A DNA stretch of 64,000 bases from Candidatus Omnitrophota bacterium (GCA_028280285.1 JANQMA010000032.1:17091-81090), one strand, 5' to 3'. Shown: positions 17,018 through 27,246, counted from the stretch's first letter. The notes: generated from the letters alone by a model not told the origin. Program-made: numbers and translations.

Positions 17018-19542
17018 ACGTTGTTCATCTCCAACCAGTTATCCCCTGTTTTGACACTGACATCAATCGGCACACTTAACTTAAGCGCGCCTTCCATCTC
17101 CGTGCGGACAAGCTCTGCCATTTTTTTTGTTTCAGATTTAAGCACATCAAAAACTAACTCGTCATGAACGCTCATAATCATTTTGGATTTGAGCTTTTTG
17201 TTTGTAATTGCTTGGTCAATATTAATCATCGCCAGTTTTATAATATCGGCGGCCGTGCCTTGGACCGGCGTATTGATCGCCTGGCGCTGGGCAAACTGTT
17301 TAATATTACCATTGGAACTTTTAATCTCCGGAATATACCGCCGACGCTTCATGATCGTCTCCACATAACCGTTTTTTTCACAAAAGGCAATCTGTTCGTC
17401 CATAAATTTCTTAATGGCTGGATAGCGCGCAAAATATTTATCGATAAACTGCTGGGCTTCATATGGTGTAATATTTAAATCTTTAGAAAGTCCAAATGCG
17501 CCCATGCCATAGACAATGCCAAAGTTAATACGCTTGGCCGAATAACGCATTTCGGTTGTCACCTCATCCATCTCAACCCCGTGCATAAGCGATGCTGTAA
17601 ACTGATGAATATCCTGCCCGGCCTTAAAGGCCTTAATCAAATTTTTATCTTTCGACAGGTGCGCGAGGACACGCAGTTCAATCTGCGAATAATCGGCCGC
17701 CAGGATGATATGATCCTTATCCGACGGGATAATGCTTTTACGGATCTGCCGCCCAAGATCTGTTCGGATCGGAATATTTTGCAAATTCGGATTGCGCGAG
17801 CTTAACCGTCCGGTCTCTGCCCCTGTTTGCACAAACTCCGCATGCAAATAATTCTTGGCATCAACCAATTTGGGCAAGGCATCAATGTAGGTTGATTTGA
17901 GTTTACTTAAATGACGATACTCAAGCACTTTCGCCGGAAAGGCATGGGTAAAGGCCAAGGTTGTCAAGACTCCTTCATCGGTCGAATAACCTGTTTTGGT
18001 TTTCTTTATCGGAGGCAGGCCTAATGTGTCAAAGAGCACCTTGCTCAGCTGCTTAGGCGAATTAATATTAAACTCCTCGCCTGCTTCTTCGTACAATTCA
18101 CTCGTTAGCGCGGCAATATCCTTTTCACATTTCTTCGACATCTTGGCAAGAAACTTAAGGTCCAAGTGAACGCCCTCACATTCCATCGCATAGATCACAT
18201 ACGCGAGTGGCAGTTCGAGCTCATCGTATAATTTAGTCAAAGAACGCTCGCGAAGCGTTGCAACAACATGTGCATACAGCGCAAGCATTCCGGCAGCCTG
18301 AGCTGTTAAATCATCTTTTTCAATGGATTGCTTTAAATGCTTCCAAATAACTTCCGCCACATTATCATTGGCGCCCGATGGGTCAACCAAATAAGCCCCA
18401 AGTAAACAATCATAGACCCCCTTAAGTTTAATGGATGCCTCATCACACACAGTTAAGACTGATTTGATATCCCAGACAACTTTACAGACCTTTTCATTTT
18501 CAAAGAGCGGCTTTAATTTTTTAATATCACTGAATTGAATCGCATACACTTGATCCGCACGCACCGCAAGCAAGATAACCTCTTCATCAAACAATACCGC
18601 CACTTGCTTTTGCTTAAGCGCCTGTTTTAGCACGCCATCAATCTCTTTGGCTGTCAATGAACTTTGGGAAACCTTCACTTCCTTCCTGGCTTCCCCGCTG
18701 TATTCTTCCGCCAGACGCCTAAACTCCAAATCTTTAAAAATTTTAAACAAGGCTTGGCGGTCGGGCTGAGCTAACTTCATATCCTCAATCGCATAATCAA
18801 CAGGCACATCGCAATCAATGGTTGCCAACTCTTTACTTAAAAAAGCATTATCGCGGTCACTCACCAATTTTTCACGCAGCTTTGCCTTTTCAATATTATC
18901 CAACCCTTTATAAATTCCTTCCAGCGTCTCAAATTCATTGATAAGATTACGTGCGGTCACCTCACCAACACCAGCCACACCGGGAATATTATCCGACTTA
19001 TCTCCCGCAAGGGCCAGAAAGTCGACAATACGCGTCGCTTCAAACCCAAGCTTCTTTGTAATCGCAGCATGGTCAAGCATAGCTTCTTTGCGTACGCTAA
19101 AGATTTTGACATGACCATTAAGGAGTTGATAAAGATCTTTATCCTCGCTAACCACAACAAGCTCAAGATCTTTTTTCTTGATATTGGCTGTCAACGTCCC
19201 GATTAAATCATCGGCTTCATAACCTTGTTTTTCAAAGAGTTTGATACCATAAGCCTTTAAAATGTCCTTAATAATCGGCACCTGCGAACGAAGCTCATCC
19301 GGCATGGGCGGCCTTTGGATTTTATATTCTTCATAACGCTTTTGACGCAGCGTCGGACCCTTAGAATCAAAACAGACCGTTATAAATTCCGGATCATGCA
19401 CCTTAAGCAATTTTCTTAAAATATTAACAAACCCGAACACAGCATTGGTCGGTTGACCTTTACTATTAGTCAAATCACGCACAGCATAAAACGCCCTATA
19501 GACAAGCGCATGGCCGTCTAAGATAAACAACTGCTTTGCCAC
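17014..19542 (-). CDS. polA: DNA polymerase I
   Basis: 5'-3' exonuclease (DG..LVYRA, EADD, GDKSDNIPGV) plus Pol A motifs (ADYSQIELR, KRINFGIVYG, VHDEL); GTG start. Confidence 0.97.
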   Translation of the reverse strand: MAKQLFILDGHALVYRAFYAVRDLTNSKGQPTNAVFGFVNILRKLLKVHDPEFITVCFDSKGPTLRQKRYEEYKIQRPPMPDELRSQVPIIKDILKAYGIKLFEKQGYEADDLIGTLTANIKKKDLELVVVSEDKDLYQLLNGHVKIFSVRKEAMLDHAAITKKLGFEATRIVDFLALAGDKSDNIPGVAGVGEVTARNLINEFETLEGIYKGLDNIEKAKLREKLVSDRDNAFLSKELATIDCDVPVDYAIEDMKLAQPDRQALFKIFKDLEFRRLAEEYSGEARKEVKVSQSSLTAKEIDGVLKQALKQKQVAVLFDEEVILLAVRADQVYAIQFSDIKKLKPLFENEKVCKVVWDIKSVLTVCDEASIKLKGVYDCLLGAYLVDPSGANDNVAEVIWKHLKQSIEKDDLTAQAAGMLALYAHVVATLRERSLTKLYDELELPLAYVIYAMECEGVHLDLKFLAKMSKKCEKDIAALTSELYEEAGEEFNINSPKQLSKVLFDTLGLPPIKKTKTGYSTDEGVLTTLAFTHAFPAKVLEYRHLSKLKSTYIDALPKLVDAKNYLHAEFVQTGAETGRLSSRNPNLQNIPIRTDLGRQIRKSIIPSDKDHIILAADYSQIELRVLAHLSKDKNLIKAFKAGQDIHQFTASLMHGVEMDEVTTEMRYSAKRINFGIVYGMGAFGLSKDLNITPYEAQQFIDKYFARYPAIKKFMDEQIAFCEKNGYVETIMKRRRYIPEIKSSNGNIKQFAQRQAINTPVQGTAADIIKLAMINIDQAITNKKLKSKMIMSVHDELVFDVLKSETKKMAELVRTEMEGALKLSVPIDVSVKTGDNWLEMNNV

Positions 19543-19576
19543 TCATACTCCTGTGGGTTGATGATTAAAATCTGAA

Positions 19577-19648
19577 TTGTTGTTTGTTGTTAGTTGCTAG
19601 TTGCTGGGAGTTTGAACACTAATAACAAACAACCAACAACTAACAACT
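19577..19648. repeat. Periodic palindrome, 7-nt unit (TTGTTRG / CTAACAA)
   Basis: ttgttg tttgttg ttagttg ctagttg ctg GGAGTTTGA acac taataac aaacaac caacaac taacaac. Confidence 0.8.
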
Positions 19649-19676
19649 ATTTTTCCACCCGCCCACTAAACCTAAA

Positions 19677-20525
19677 TTATTGTTCTTTTGGCTTAAAAGA
19701 AGTGTCTGGTATTGTGGACAATACTCGTTCTATCTGTGTTTTGGCCGATTCGGTATCACCGGAGTTAAGCCATTTGATCGCTTGCTCTGTGCCTTCGCGC
19801 ATTCTTTGCTCGGCCAATGCCAATACCGCTTTTTTGCGTTCTTCAACGATTTGCGGATTAGCCGGCGCCAACATAAGCGCCTTATCAAATTCGCCAATCG
19901 CCTCGCGGTATTGCCCTTCCGCTGCCAAAACTCTGCCTTTTTGAGCATATTGTTTGGAACGGTGCAAATCCTCTTCAAACTGGATACGGCTTTGTTCACG
20001 AATTTCTTGATCAAGCCGGCTTGCCTCGAGGGATTTAACCCAATTGGCATAACTCGGCCGAAGTTTTAAAAGCTCCTCTTTGGCCTTATCGGCCCAGGAA
20101 TCATTAGCATCGGCCAATTCAAAGCGTTTCTTAAAATATTCAAACGCGCGATCTTTTTGACCGGCGGCCAAATAAAGATAGGCCACATTCGAATAAGCCG
20201 GAAGAAAGGCCTTGTCCATTCGGATAGCCTCAAGGTAATAGGCCTCGGCCTTACCGGTCGCACCAATGCGCTCATAGAGAACACCGGTATCGTTGTAAAT
20301 ATCCGGACTTTCGATTTCAAGCTCTAGGGCTTTATTATAATTTTCTAATGCCTCATTCAATTTACCACTTTGATATGCCTTCAATCCCTTTTGACGATAG
20401 TTTTCTGCTACTTCTTTCTTGGAATCAGCCAAAGCTTCGGAATGAATGACATGAAAAGAAAAGACAATAAGAAGAACAATTATTCGATGGAGTACTGCGT
20501 ATGATTTTAAACTTAGATCAAGCAT
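19677..20525 (-). CDS. Tetratricopeptide repeat protein, probably exported
   Basis: N-terminal hydrophobic segment; several TPR-pattern helix pairs. Confidence 0.8.
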   Translation of the reverse strand: MLDLSLKSYAVLHRIIVLLIVFSFHVIHSEALADSKKEVAENYRQKGLKAYQSGKLNEALENYNKALELEIESPDIYNDTGVLYERIGATGKAEAYYLEAIRMDKAFLPAYSNVAYLYLAAGQKDRAFEYFKKRFELADANDSWADKAKEELLKLRPSYANWVKSLEASRLDQEIREQSRIQFEEDLHRSKQYAQKGRVLAAEGQYREAIGEFDKALMLAPANPQIVEERKKAVLALAEQRMREGTEQAIKWLNSGDTESAKTQIERVLSTIPDTSFKPKEQ

Positions 20526-20531
20526 AATACA

Positions 20532-21785
20532 TTATTTGACGTTTGGCAAGTCTAATTGATCGTGAGACTCCTCAGCCTCCTGCTGCTGTTCTGTCAGCCC
20601 AAGTGAAACCGCCATCGACTGCGCATTAACCCCGTTTATGATAAGCTCTTTCACCGCATCCCTATGCTCTTCAGAGTTAATAAGAAGAGCGGCCTTAACC
20701 GTACCCTCATGCGTTAAAACACCCACAAACCCATCACCGCTGGCATTCGTAAAACATCCGCATCCATCGGTGGCATTCACATGTGATCCATGCAAAAACG
20801 ATATAGAAACATCTCCTAACCTAAAACGCTTATCGGCAATAAACGTTTCCGCATCATAAGGCTGACCGGTTATTAGGGCAGCCACCTTCGCGCCTTGATC
20901 CTCCAGACTTTTGGTAAGAGAAAAATCCGACCACCATTTATGCGCATGATGCGCCACAAGCCCATCAACCGCAAAGACACCGCTGATATTGGTTCTGTAA
21001 TGATCATCAACAACAATATCCCCATCTAAAATGTTTAGGTCAAATTCATCAACAATTTTAAGACGTTCCTTGATTTCACCCAGCACAACAATGTCCGCCG
21101 CAAGCACCTTGCCTGAGCTCAGACGCACAGCCTTTAACTCAGCATCGCCTAAAATTTCCTCAATACTGGCATCTTCAACGATATGCAAATTATTTTCCGC
21201 AACCGCCCCAAGCACAGATGCCCGCGCCTCAGCATTGAAAATAATACCAAAAGGACTTTGACTTGGAATAACAAGATAAACCTCTTTACCTAAATTAACC
21301 AATGCTTCGGCAGCCTTAAGCCCGGCAAAGGTATCGGATTGAATAACAACCGTATCAAAAAACGGAAGTTCTTTAATGAGCTTATTGATATATTTGATTT
21401 TGCGCAGCGCATAAATCCCTTCCTTATTGCCCCCTTTAACCGGCGTCAACTTAACTCCCTCGGGAAGTTCGGCTAAAATAATCTGATCAAAATCAAAATG
21501 CTCTTTCTCTTCGGTATAAATTTTTCTTGTCTTTAAATTGACCCGCGTTATTTGCTTACCTGTCAATACCTCAATATTATTGTCTTCATAAAACTTTTTA
21601 TCACGGCAATAAATATCTTCCACCGAGGCCTTTTTCTGCATAACATCAGGAAAAACATCGCGCTTATACGGAAAACTACCTTCAAAAGTAATAATCGTAA
21701 TATCAATATCTTTATCGTTTGCGCGTATCAGCTCAACCGCACGCACGGCAGCCGGTGAACTACCTAAAACAAGTAACTTACTCAT
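20532..21785 (-). CDS. FAD/NAD(P)-dependent oxidoreductase-like protein (NirB/rubredoxin reductase fold) with degenerate cofactor motifs
   Basis: Overall pattern of Pyr_redox_2 proteins, but GSSPAA, LAELP, QSDTFAG and FAVDG replace the usual motifs. Confidence 0.7.
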   Translation of the reverse strand: MSKLLVLGSSPAAVRAVELIRANDKDIDITIITFEGSFPYKRDVFPDVMQKKASVEDIYCRDKKFYEDNNIEVLTGKQITRVNLKTRKIYTEEKEHFDFDQIILAELPEGVKLTPVKGGNKEGIYALRKIKYINKLIKELPFFDTVVIQSDTFAGLKAAEALVNLGKEVYLVIPSQSPFGIIFNAEARASVLGAVAENNLHIVEDASIEEILGDAELKAVRLSSGKVLAADIVVLGEIKERLKIVDEFDLNILDGDIVVDDHYRTNISGVFAVDGLVAHHAHKWWSDFSLTKSLEDQGAKVAALITGQPYDAETFIADKRFRLGDVSISFLHGSHVNATDGCGCFTNASGDGFVGVLTHEGTVKAALLINSEEHRDAVKELIINGVNAQSMAVSLGLTEQQQEAEESHDQLDLPNVK

Positions 21786-21787
21786 AT

Positions 21788-22648
21788 TTAACTTTGCTCC
21801 TTTTGCATTTTGTAGGCTTCAATGCCGTTGCGCATAAGAAGCACGACCGTTAAAGGTCCAACCCCGCCGGGAACAGGCGTTATGAATGATGCCTTCTCTT
21901 GCGCTGTTTCAAAGTCAACATCGCCGACAACTTTCCCATCAATAACATTAATCCCAACATCCACCACAATCGCACCGTCTTTAATCCATTCCCCTTTAAT
22001 CAGTTTTGGGACACCCACGGCTACAACCAAAACATCGGCGCGGGCAATGTGTTCCTCAAGCCTGCCGGCTTCGCTTGTCCCAATATGACAAACCGTAACT
22101 GTAGCCATTTCTTTAAGAAGTAAAATGCTAAGCGGTTTTCCAACAATCTGACTAGCCCCGACAATCACAACCTCAAGCCCGCGTAAACTATGACCTGTTG
22201 ATTTAAGATGCTCCATGACCGATGCCGGTGTGCACGGAATAATATTCGTCTCCCCTAAAATCATCTTGCCGATATTGGTAACATTAACACCCTCTAAATC
22301 TTTGACGGTATCCACATAATTAGCCACAACACTGTAATCAATTTGCTCCGGAACAGGTTTATGCAGCATAATACCGTTCACCGATTTATCATTATTTAAT
22401 TTCTGAATGAGTGCACAAAAATCTTCTTGTGTACAATTGGCTGGCAAAGATTTCAGTTCATATTTAATACCGATATACTCGGCGACTTTTTTCTGAGAAT
22501 TGGCATAAGTACACGACCCCGCATCATCACCGATGATAATATTGACCAACTTAGGCGTTTTGCGATCCTTGGCTTTGATCAACTCAACTTCTTCTTTTAG
22601 TTGATCTTTAAGCTCTTGGGCTAATTTTTTTCCGTCAAGTAGTTGCAT
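21788..22648 (-). CDS. folD: Methylenetetrahydrofolate dehydrogenase/cyclohydrolase
   Basis: LLDGK, KDLEG, PCTP, VGKP, DVGIN, TPVPGGVGP. Confidence 0.95.
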   Translation of the reverse strand: MQLLDGKKLAQELKDQLKEEVELIKAKDRKTPKLVNIIIGDDAGSCTYANSQKKVAEYIGIKYELKSLPANCTQEDFCALIQKLNNDKSVNGIMLHKPVPEQIDYSVVANYVDTVKDLEGVNVTNIGKMILGETNIIPCTPASVMEHLKSTGHSLRGLEVVIVGASQIVGKPLSILLLKEMATVTVCHIGTSEAGRLEEHIARADVLVVAVGVPKLIKGEWIKDGAIVVDVGINVIDGKVVGDVDFETAQEKASFITPVPGGVGPLTVVLLMRNGIEAYKMQKEQS

Positions 22649-22651
22649 ATT

Positions 22652-23131
22652 TTAACTTTCCGCAAGGACCATCGCTCCATTGTAGCCGGCCAGTAAAAGT
22701 TCAACGGCGACCGCCACATCACTAATCAGATACGGATTACCTTTTTCCGCAAGAAACGGCGCCAGCTTAACGGCCTTATAACACAGCTTGGCAATATTTT
22801 TAGAGACCTTGCGCGCATTACGATCCGCGGCATTTTGTTCACGTTGAGAGAGTTTCCGCGCACGCACAACCTGGGTGTACGCTTCAGCATCCAAATCCAC
22901 ATGCTTGAGCAAATCATCGCGCAAGGCCTTAGCTTGCGCGGCAATCCGCGTTAAACGCGTCTCAACGGCCTTTGTATTACCTTGCCGTCCTTTAGAGTAT
23001 TCCGTCACCATTAAAAGTAAGCCCGTCCCTGTGGCCCCGGTCAGCGCTGCCGCCGAACCGCCGCCTGGTGTTGGTTCTTTTTTTGATAAAACAGCTAAAT
23101 ATTGTGTAAGTGTATGATTTTTGAATTTCAC
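22652..23131 (-). CDS. Stand-alone cyclodeaminase/cyclohydrolase family protein (FTCD C-terminal domain)
   Basis: PTPGGGSAAAL, D.DAEAY and GNPYLISD motifs; adjacent to folD. Confidence 0.88.
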   Translation of the reverse strand: MKFKNHTLTQYLAVLSKKEPTPGGGSAAALTGATGTGLLLMVTEYSKGRQGNTKAVETRLTRIAAQAKALRDDLLKHVDLDAEAYTQVVRARKLSQREQNAADRNARKVSKNIAKLCYKAVKLAPFLAEKGNPYLISDVAVAVELLLAGYNGAMVLAES

Positions 23132-23200
23132 TGAAGTCCGCGAAACGGTAATTTGGAGAATTAATAGGTTTGTTTTTGTTGAATGTTAAATCGAAAATCT

Positions 23201-23357
23201 AAGGTTTGAATATGTTCAAAAAAGTTGGAAAAGGTTAAAATAGGTTTAAGGTTATTAAATGTTTCATGAGGTTACTTAAAATAAACTTCTTTCAACATCA
23301 AGCAACCTTAATTCCTTTTTCAACTTCTTCTAACCTTTTTAAACATCTTTTAACCTT
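23201..23357. repeat. 157-bp periodic palindrome with 10-nt unit (consensus RAGGTTNAAA)
   Basis: Each arm has four 10-mers, one short unit and three 10-mers; the right arm is the reverse-complement pattern. Confidence 0.8.
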
Positions 23358-23417
23358 AATATATTAATACTATACCAAATACAGGTAACTGCAAGTAAGA
23401 TAGTGATTTTTTTAACG

Positions 23418-23786
23418 CTACAACGATGAGACATCAAAAGCATTTTTGATAAGCTCAATGTGAGGCTCTGCCTCGCTTAATGTAATCCCAACCACATCGA
23501 AGCGTGCGTATTCATCAAACAAATCATGCTTTTGAATATAACGCAGCGCTGTTTTATGCAGACGGTACTGCTTATCAGGCGTTATGGCCTCCAGCGGGCT
23601 TCCCGCCGCATCATTATCACGGGTTTTAACCTCGATGAAACAATACTCATCATCATCTTTGGCTATGATATCGATCTCACCGATATCATTTTCATAATTC
23701 GTTTCAATGATGCTATAGCCTTGCTGAATTAAATACTCTTCAGCAATTTTTTCACCTTTTGGGCCTAAGTTGCGAAAATCAGACAT
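23418..23786 (-). CDS. YraN family (UPF0102) endonuclease-like protein
   Basis: G.KGE..A..YL, GEIDIIA, FIEVKTR, RFDVV. Confidence 0.92.
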   Translation of the reverse strand: MSDFRNLGPKGEKIAEEYLIQQGYSIIETNYENDIGEIDIIAKDDDEYCFIEVKTRDNDAAGSPLEAITPDKQYRLHKTALRYIQKHDLFDEYARFDVVGITLSEAEPHIELIKNAFDVSSL

Positions 23787-23812
23787 TAGGAATTATTTTA
23801 AGCTATAATTTA

Positions 23813-23876
23813 AGGTACTAGGTTTTAGGTGTTTGGTGTTAGTCCACTAAAACCCAAAACCTCACACCTAACACCC
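23813..23876. repeat. Periodic palindrome, 7-nt unit (AGGTGTT / AACACCT), overlapping the rnhB stop
   Basis: aggtact aggtttt aggtgtt tggtgtt agtccact aaaaccc aaaacct cacacct aacaccc. Confidence 0.8.
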
Positions 23877-24488
23877 ACTAAAAGATCGGCGATGAATAAA
23901 TGACGGACCATGTTCTTTAATCGCTGCACGGTGCGCCTTTGTTCCGTAGCCTTTATGCTTGGCAAATCCATACTCCGGCAGCACCTGATCATAGGCATCC
24001 AAAATACGATCACGTGTGACTTTGGCAACAATCGAGGCACACGCGATGGAACAAATTTTGCTATCCCCCTTCACCACTGTCTCGTACCTGTAGGGCAAAG
24101 TTGTTTTAAATTGGTTACCGTCGATTACAACCAACACATCGCTTGCAAAACACTCTGCTTGAGTCTCTTCAACAATCCGTTTAATACAACTTTCAATGGC
24201 GTGATTCATCGCCAGATAGGTGGCCTGAAGGATATTAAGCTCATCAATGATTATTTCATTGATAATGCCAACACCAACATAAGCATTGTCGTATATTTCT
24301 TTAAAAGATAATTCCCGCTTTTTTGGCGTTAATTTTTTTGAATCGCTTATGGTGTTTTGGAATTCGTGTGTTTGAAGCGCAACAGCCGAGGCCACTACCG
24401 GACCGGCGAGCGGTCCGCGTCCGGCCTCATCGACGCCAATGACATATTGGAAACCTTCAGCTCTCGCTTTGATTTCATAATCAAGCAT
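23868..24488 (-). CDS. rnhB: Ribonuclease HII
   Basis: GVDEAGRGPLAGPV, DSKKL, DGN, KGD, ASIVAKVTRD, HKGYGT. Confidence 0.96.
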   Translation of the reverse strand: MLDYEIKARAEGFQYVIGVDEAGRGPLAGPVVASAVALQTHEFQNTISDSKKLTPKKRELSFKEIYDNAYVGVGIINEIIIDELNILQATYLAMNHAIESCIKRIVEETQAECFASDVLVVIDGNQFKTTLPYRYETVVKGDSKICSIACASIVAKVTRDRILDAYDQVLPEYGFAKHKGYGTKAHRAAIKEHGPSFIHRRSFSGC

Positions 24489-24850
24489 TAAGATTCTTGA
24501 CGGCGTTTAACGCGCGCGCGTTTACCTAAACGGTCACGCAGATAATAAAGCTTTGCACGTTTGACAACACCTTTGCTTACAATTTCAAGATTTTCAATAA
24601 CAGGTGAGTATAAAGGAAAGACGCGTTCGACCCCTTCTCCAAAAGAAATTTTTCTTAAGGTGAATGTTGCTTTGGCGCCGCGTCCTGTCTTGCGGATCAC
24701 CGTACCCTCATAAGGATGGGTACGTACTTTATCTTGCTCCTGGACTTTGATACGCATTTTGATTGTATCACCTACTTCAAAGTCAGGAATTTTCTTTTCA
24801 AGAAATTGTGCTTCGACTTCTTTTACTCTTTGTCCGATATTCGTTGCCAT
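24488..24850 (-). CDS. rplS: 50S ribosomal protein L19
   Basis: [26 protein letters not shown]; start moved to ATG 24850. Confidence 0.95.
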   Translation of the reverse strand: MATNIGQRVKEVEAQFLEKKIPDFEVGDTIKMRIKVQEQDKVRTHPYEGTVIRKTGRGAKATFTLRKISFGEGVERVFPLYSPVIENLEIVSKGVVKRAKLYYLRDRLGKRARVKRRQES

Positions 24851-24897
24851 TTTTCTTTCCCTTTTATTTATCTGAATGATCGGGCAATTTTGTCCGA

Positions 24898-25572
24898 TCA
24901 TTCATCTAACAAATCCGGCCGAATCTTCTTGGTGCGCCGAAGCGCCTGAGCGTTCTGCCATTTTTTTATATCTCTATGGTGCCCAGATAATAACACATCA
25001 GGGACCTTTATGCCACGAAAATTTGCGGGGCGTGTGTACTGCGGATATTCAAGCATTCCATGCTCAAAAGACTCCTCATGCAAAGAGCCCTCTTCTCCCA
25101 AAACTCCTGGAATTAAACGAGTTACGCAGTCTATCAAAGCCATGGCCGGGATCTCGCCGCCGGTCAACACATAATCGCCGATGGAGATCACTTCATCAAC
25201 CAGTTTTTCGCGGACGCGCTCATCAATTCCTTCGTAGTGACCACAAATTATAACTAAATTCCTCTCCTTTGCAAGCTTTTTTGCGCGCGTTTGCGTGAGA
25301 GGCTTGCCAGTAGGACACATTAGGACAACCTTAGCGCTGCGGCGGCCCTTAACCTTTTTGATCGCGTCAAACCATGGCTGCGGGGTCATCAGCATCCCCG
25401 GCCCTCCGCCAAACGGGCGGTCATCGACTTTCTTATGCTTATCCTTGGAATAGTCCCTTAGATCATGCACATTGATCTTGACCTTCTTAGCGGCCTGCGC
25501 GCGCTTCAAGATCGATTCATTCATAACGCCTGCAAACATCTTGGGAAAAATTGTAATCACATCAAATCGCAT
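24898..25572 (-). CDS. trmD: tRNA (guanine-N1)-methyltransferase
   Basis: [39 protein letters not shown]. Confidence 0.97.
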   Translation of the reverse strand: MRFDVITIFPKMFAGVMNESILKRAQAAKKVKINVHDLRDYSKDKHKKVDDRPFGGGPGMLMTPQPWFDAIKKVKGRRSAKVVLMCPTGKPLTQTRAKKLAKERNLVIICGHYEGIDERVREKLVDEVISIGDYVLTGGEIPAMALIDCVTRLIPGVLGEEGSLHEESFEHGMLEYPQYTRPANFRGIKVPDVLLSGHHRDIKKWQNAQALRRTKKIRPDLLDE

Positions 25573-25576
25573 ATAC

Positions 25577-26122
25577 TTATTTCATCTCCTCAAATAATTC
25601 TAACATTTGATCAGACAAATCACGTCTGTTTATCCAATCGCTTTTCGAAACCCTCCATGCAACACCTAACTCTTTATGAAAACTTGGAATAGCAATTCCA
25701 ACATCAGTCTCTAAATGCTTGTCATGAGGAGAAAATTTTGCCAAAGGAATACGTAATCGAGAAAACTTATCTTTTAGTGTTTTTAAATCTTGCACATATC
25801 TAGGAAAAAAAGATTGATCAAACCTAGCTTTTTCATGCAATGTTCTTACAATCTCAAAAGCCCCCAATACCCACAAATACGAAGAAGTAAATTGATCATT
25901 AAACCCTAATGTAAGATAATACAAATTTTTATCTACCATAATTTTTTCATCAATCGAAACTAATTGAGCATCCATTCGACCTAAACCTTGAATAGTCACT
26001 ATCATCATATCATCTATCGCAGAAAATTTATGTGAAACATCCACCCATCTTTTTAAACGACTTGCATCTAAATTATTTACATATTCTCGTAAGCGCACAT
26101 TTAACTCATCATTATTTATCAT
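25577..26122 (-). CDS. Hypothetical protein, AT-rich, apparently inserted
   Basis: 181-aa ORF with ATGA overlap to tgt; visibly more AT-rich than its neighbours. Confidence 0.7.
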   Translation of the reverse strand: MINNDELNVRLREYVNNLDASRLKRWVDVSHKFSAIDDMMIVTIQGLGRMDAQLVSIDEKIMVDKNLYYLTLGFNDQFTSSYLWVLGAFEIVRTLHEKARFDQSFFPRYVQDLKTLKDKFSRLRIPLAKFSPHDKHLETDVGIAIPSFHKELGVAWRVSKSDWINRRDLSDQMLELFEEMK

Positions 26123-27246
26123 CGAGCTAATTCCGATCCGTATTCCGTTAAAAACTCTTTTTGAAATTCGACAAACCGATCTTCTTCAATGGCTGCGCGT
26201 ATTTCTTTCATTAAATTAACATAGAAATACATATTACAATAAGTCAAAAGTTTAAGTCCGGTGATTTCTCCCGCTTTAAGCAAATGACGAATATACGCGC
26301 GTGAATATTTTTGGCACACCATGCATTCACATTTTTCATTGATCGGTCTGGGATCATCAGCGAATTCTTTATTTTTAATTGTTATGCGTCCTTTATGGGT
26401 AAACGCCGTTCCATGCCGCCCATACCGTGAAGGCAAAACACAATCAAACATATCGATTCCTTCACCAACCGCTTTAACAATCTGATCGGGAAAACCAATC
26501 CCCATAAAATAACGCGGTTTATCTTCCGGCATGAGTGGTTCCGTCCAATCGAGCGCTTCAAACATTTCCTTAACCGTCTCACCAACGCTGACACCGCCGA
26601 CCGCATACCCGTCAAAATCAATATCGATGATTTCACGCGCTGATTGTTCACGCAAATCCTGATAGGTTGATCCTTGAATAATACCGAACTGATATTGATT
26701 CATATCAGTGCGTTTTGTTTTAAGAAAATGATCGCGTGAACGTTTGGCCCATTTGGTTGTGCGCTGGGCGGCCTCTTTAGCCGCTTCATAACTGCACGGA
26801 TACGGTGCACACTCATCGAGCGGCATCATCATATCCACCCCAAACTCTCTTTGAATATCGACCACCTTCTCGGGATCAAGATAGACTGGCGAGCCGTCGA
26901 GATGTGATTGAAACTCAACGCCTTCATCGGTGAGTTTTCTAAGTTTTGCCAAACTAAAAATCTGATAGCCACCACTATCCGTTAAGGACGGACGATCCCA
27001 GCCGCTGAGCCTATGCAAACCGTTATGGTTTTTGATAATCTCCATCCCCGGACGCAGATATAAATGATAGGTATTCGACAACATGATCTGCGCGCCAAGC
27101 CCTTTAAGATCCTCAAAATCAAGCGACTTAACCGTTCCGTTCGTCCCGACCGGCATAAAGAATGGTGTTTGAATCACCCCATGATCGGTTGTGATTTCCC
27201 CCCGACGGGCTTTAGTCGATTTGTCTTTTTTAAGTAATGTGAACAT
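26119..27246 (-). CDS. tgt: Queuine tRNA-ribosyltransferase
   Basis: TPFFMPVGT, NTYHL, TDSGGYQ, zinc motif CECMVC. Confidence 0.97.
   Translation of the reverse strand: MFTLLKKDKSTKARRGEITTDHGVIQTPFFMPVGTNGTVKSLDFEDLKGLGAQIMLSNTYHLYLRPGMEIIKNHNGLHRLSGWDRPSLTDSGGYQIFSLAKLRKLTDEGVEFQSHLDGSPVYLDPEKVVDIQREFGVDMMMPLDECAPYPCSYEAAKEAAQRTTKWAKRSRDHFLKTKRTDMNQYQFGIIQGSTYQDLREQSAREIIDIDFDGYAVGGVSVGETVKEMFEALDWTEPLMPEDKPRYFMGIGFPDQIVKAVGEGIDMFDCVLPSRYGRHGTAFTHKGRITIKNKEFADDPRPINEKCECMVCQKYSRAYIRHLLKAGEITGLKLLTYCNMYFYVNLMKEIRAAIEEDRFVEFQKEFLTEYGSELAR

Noticed and set aside
23132-23417. THF or ZTP riboswitch upstream of the cyclodeaminase-folD genes
   Set aside because: The region is very AT-rich and lacks the conserved cores of either riboswitch; the 10-bp periodic palindrome accounts for it.
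23825-24040. 71-aa alternative-frame ORF suggesting a frameshifted rnhB tail
   Set aside because: rnhB is complete in its own frame (ends HRRSF); the extra ORF just reads through the heptamer repeat.
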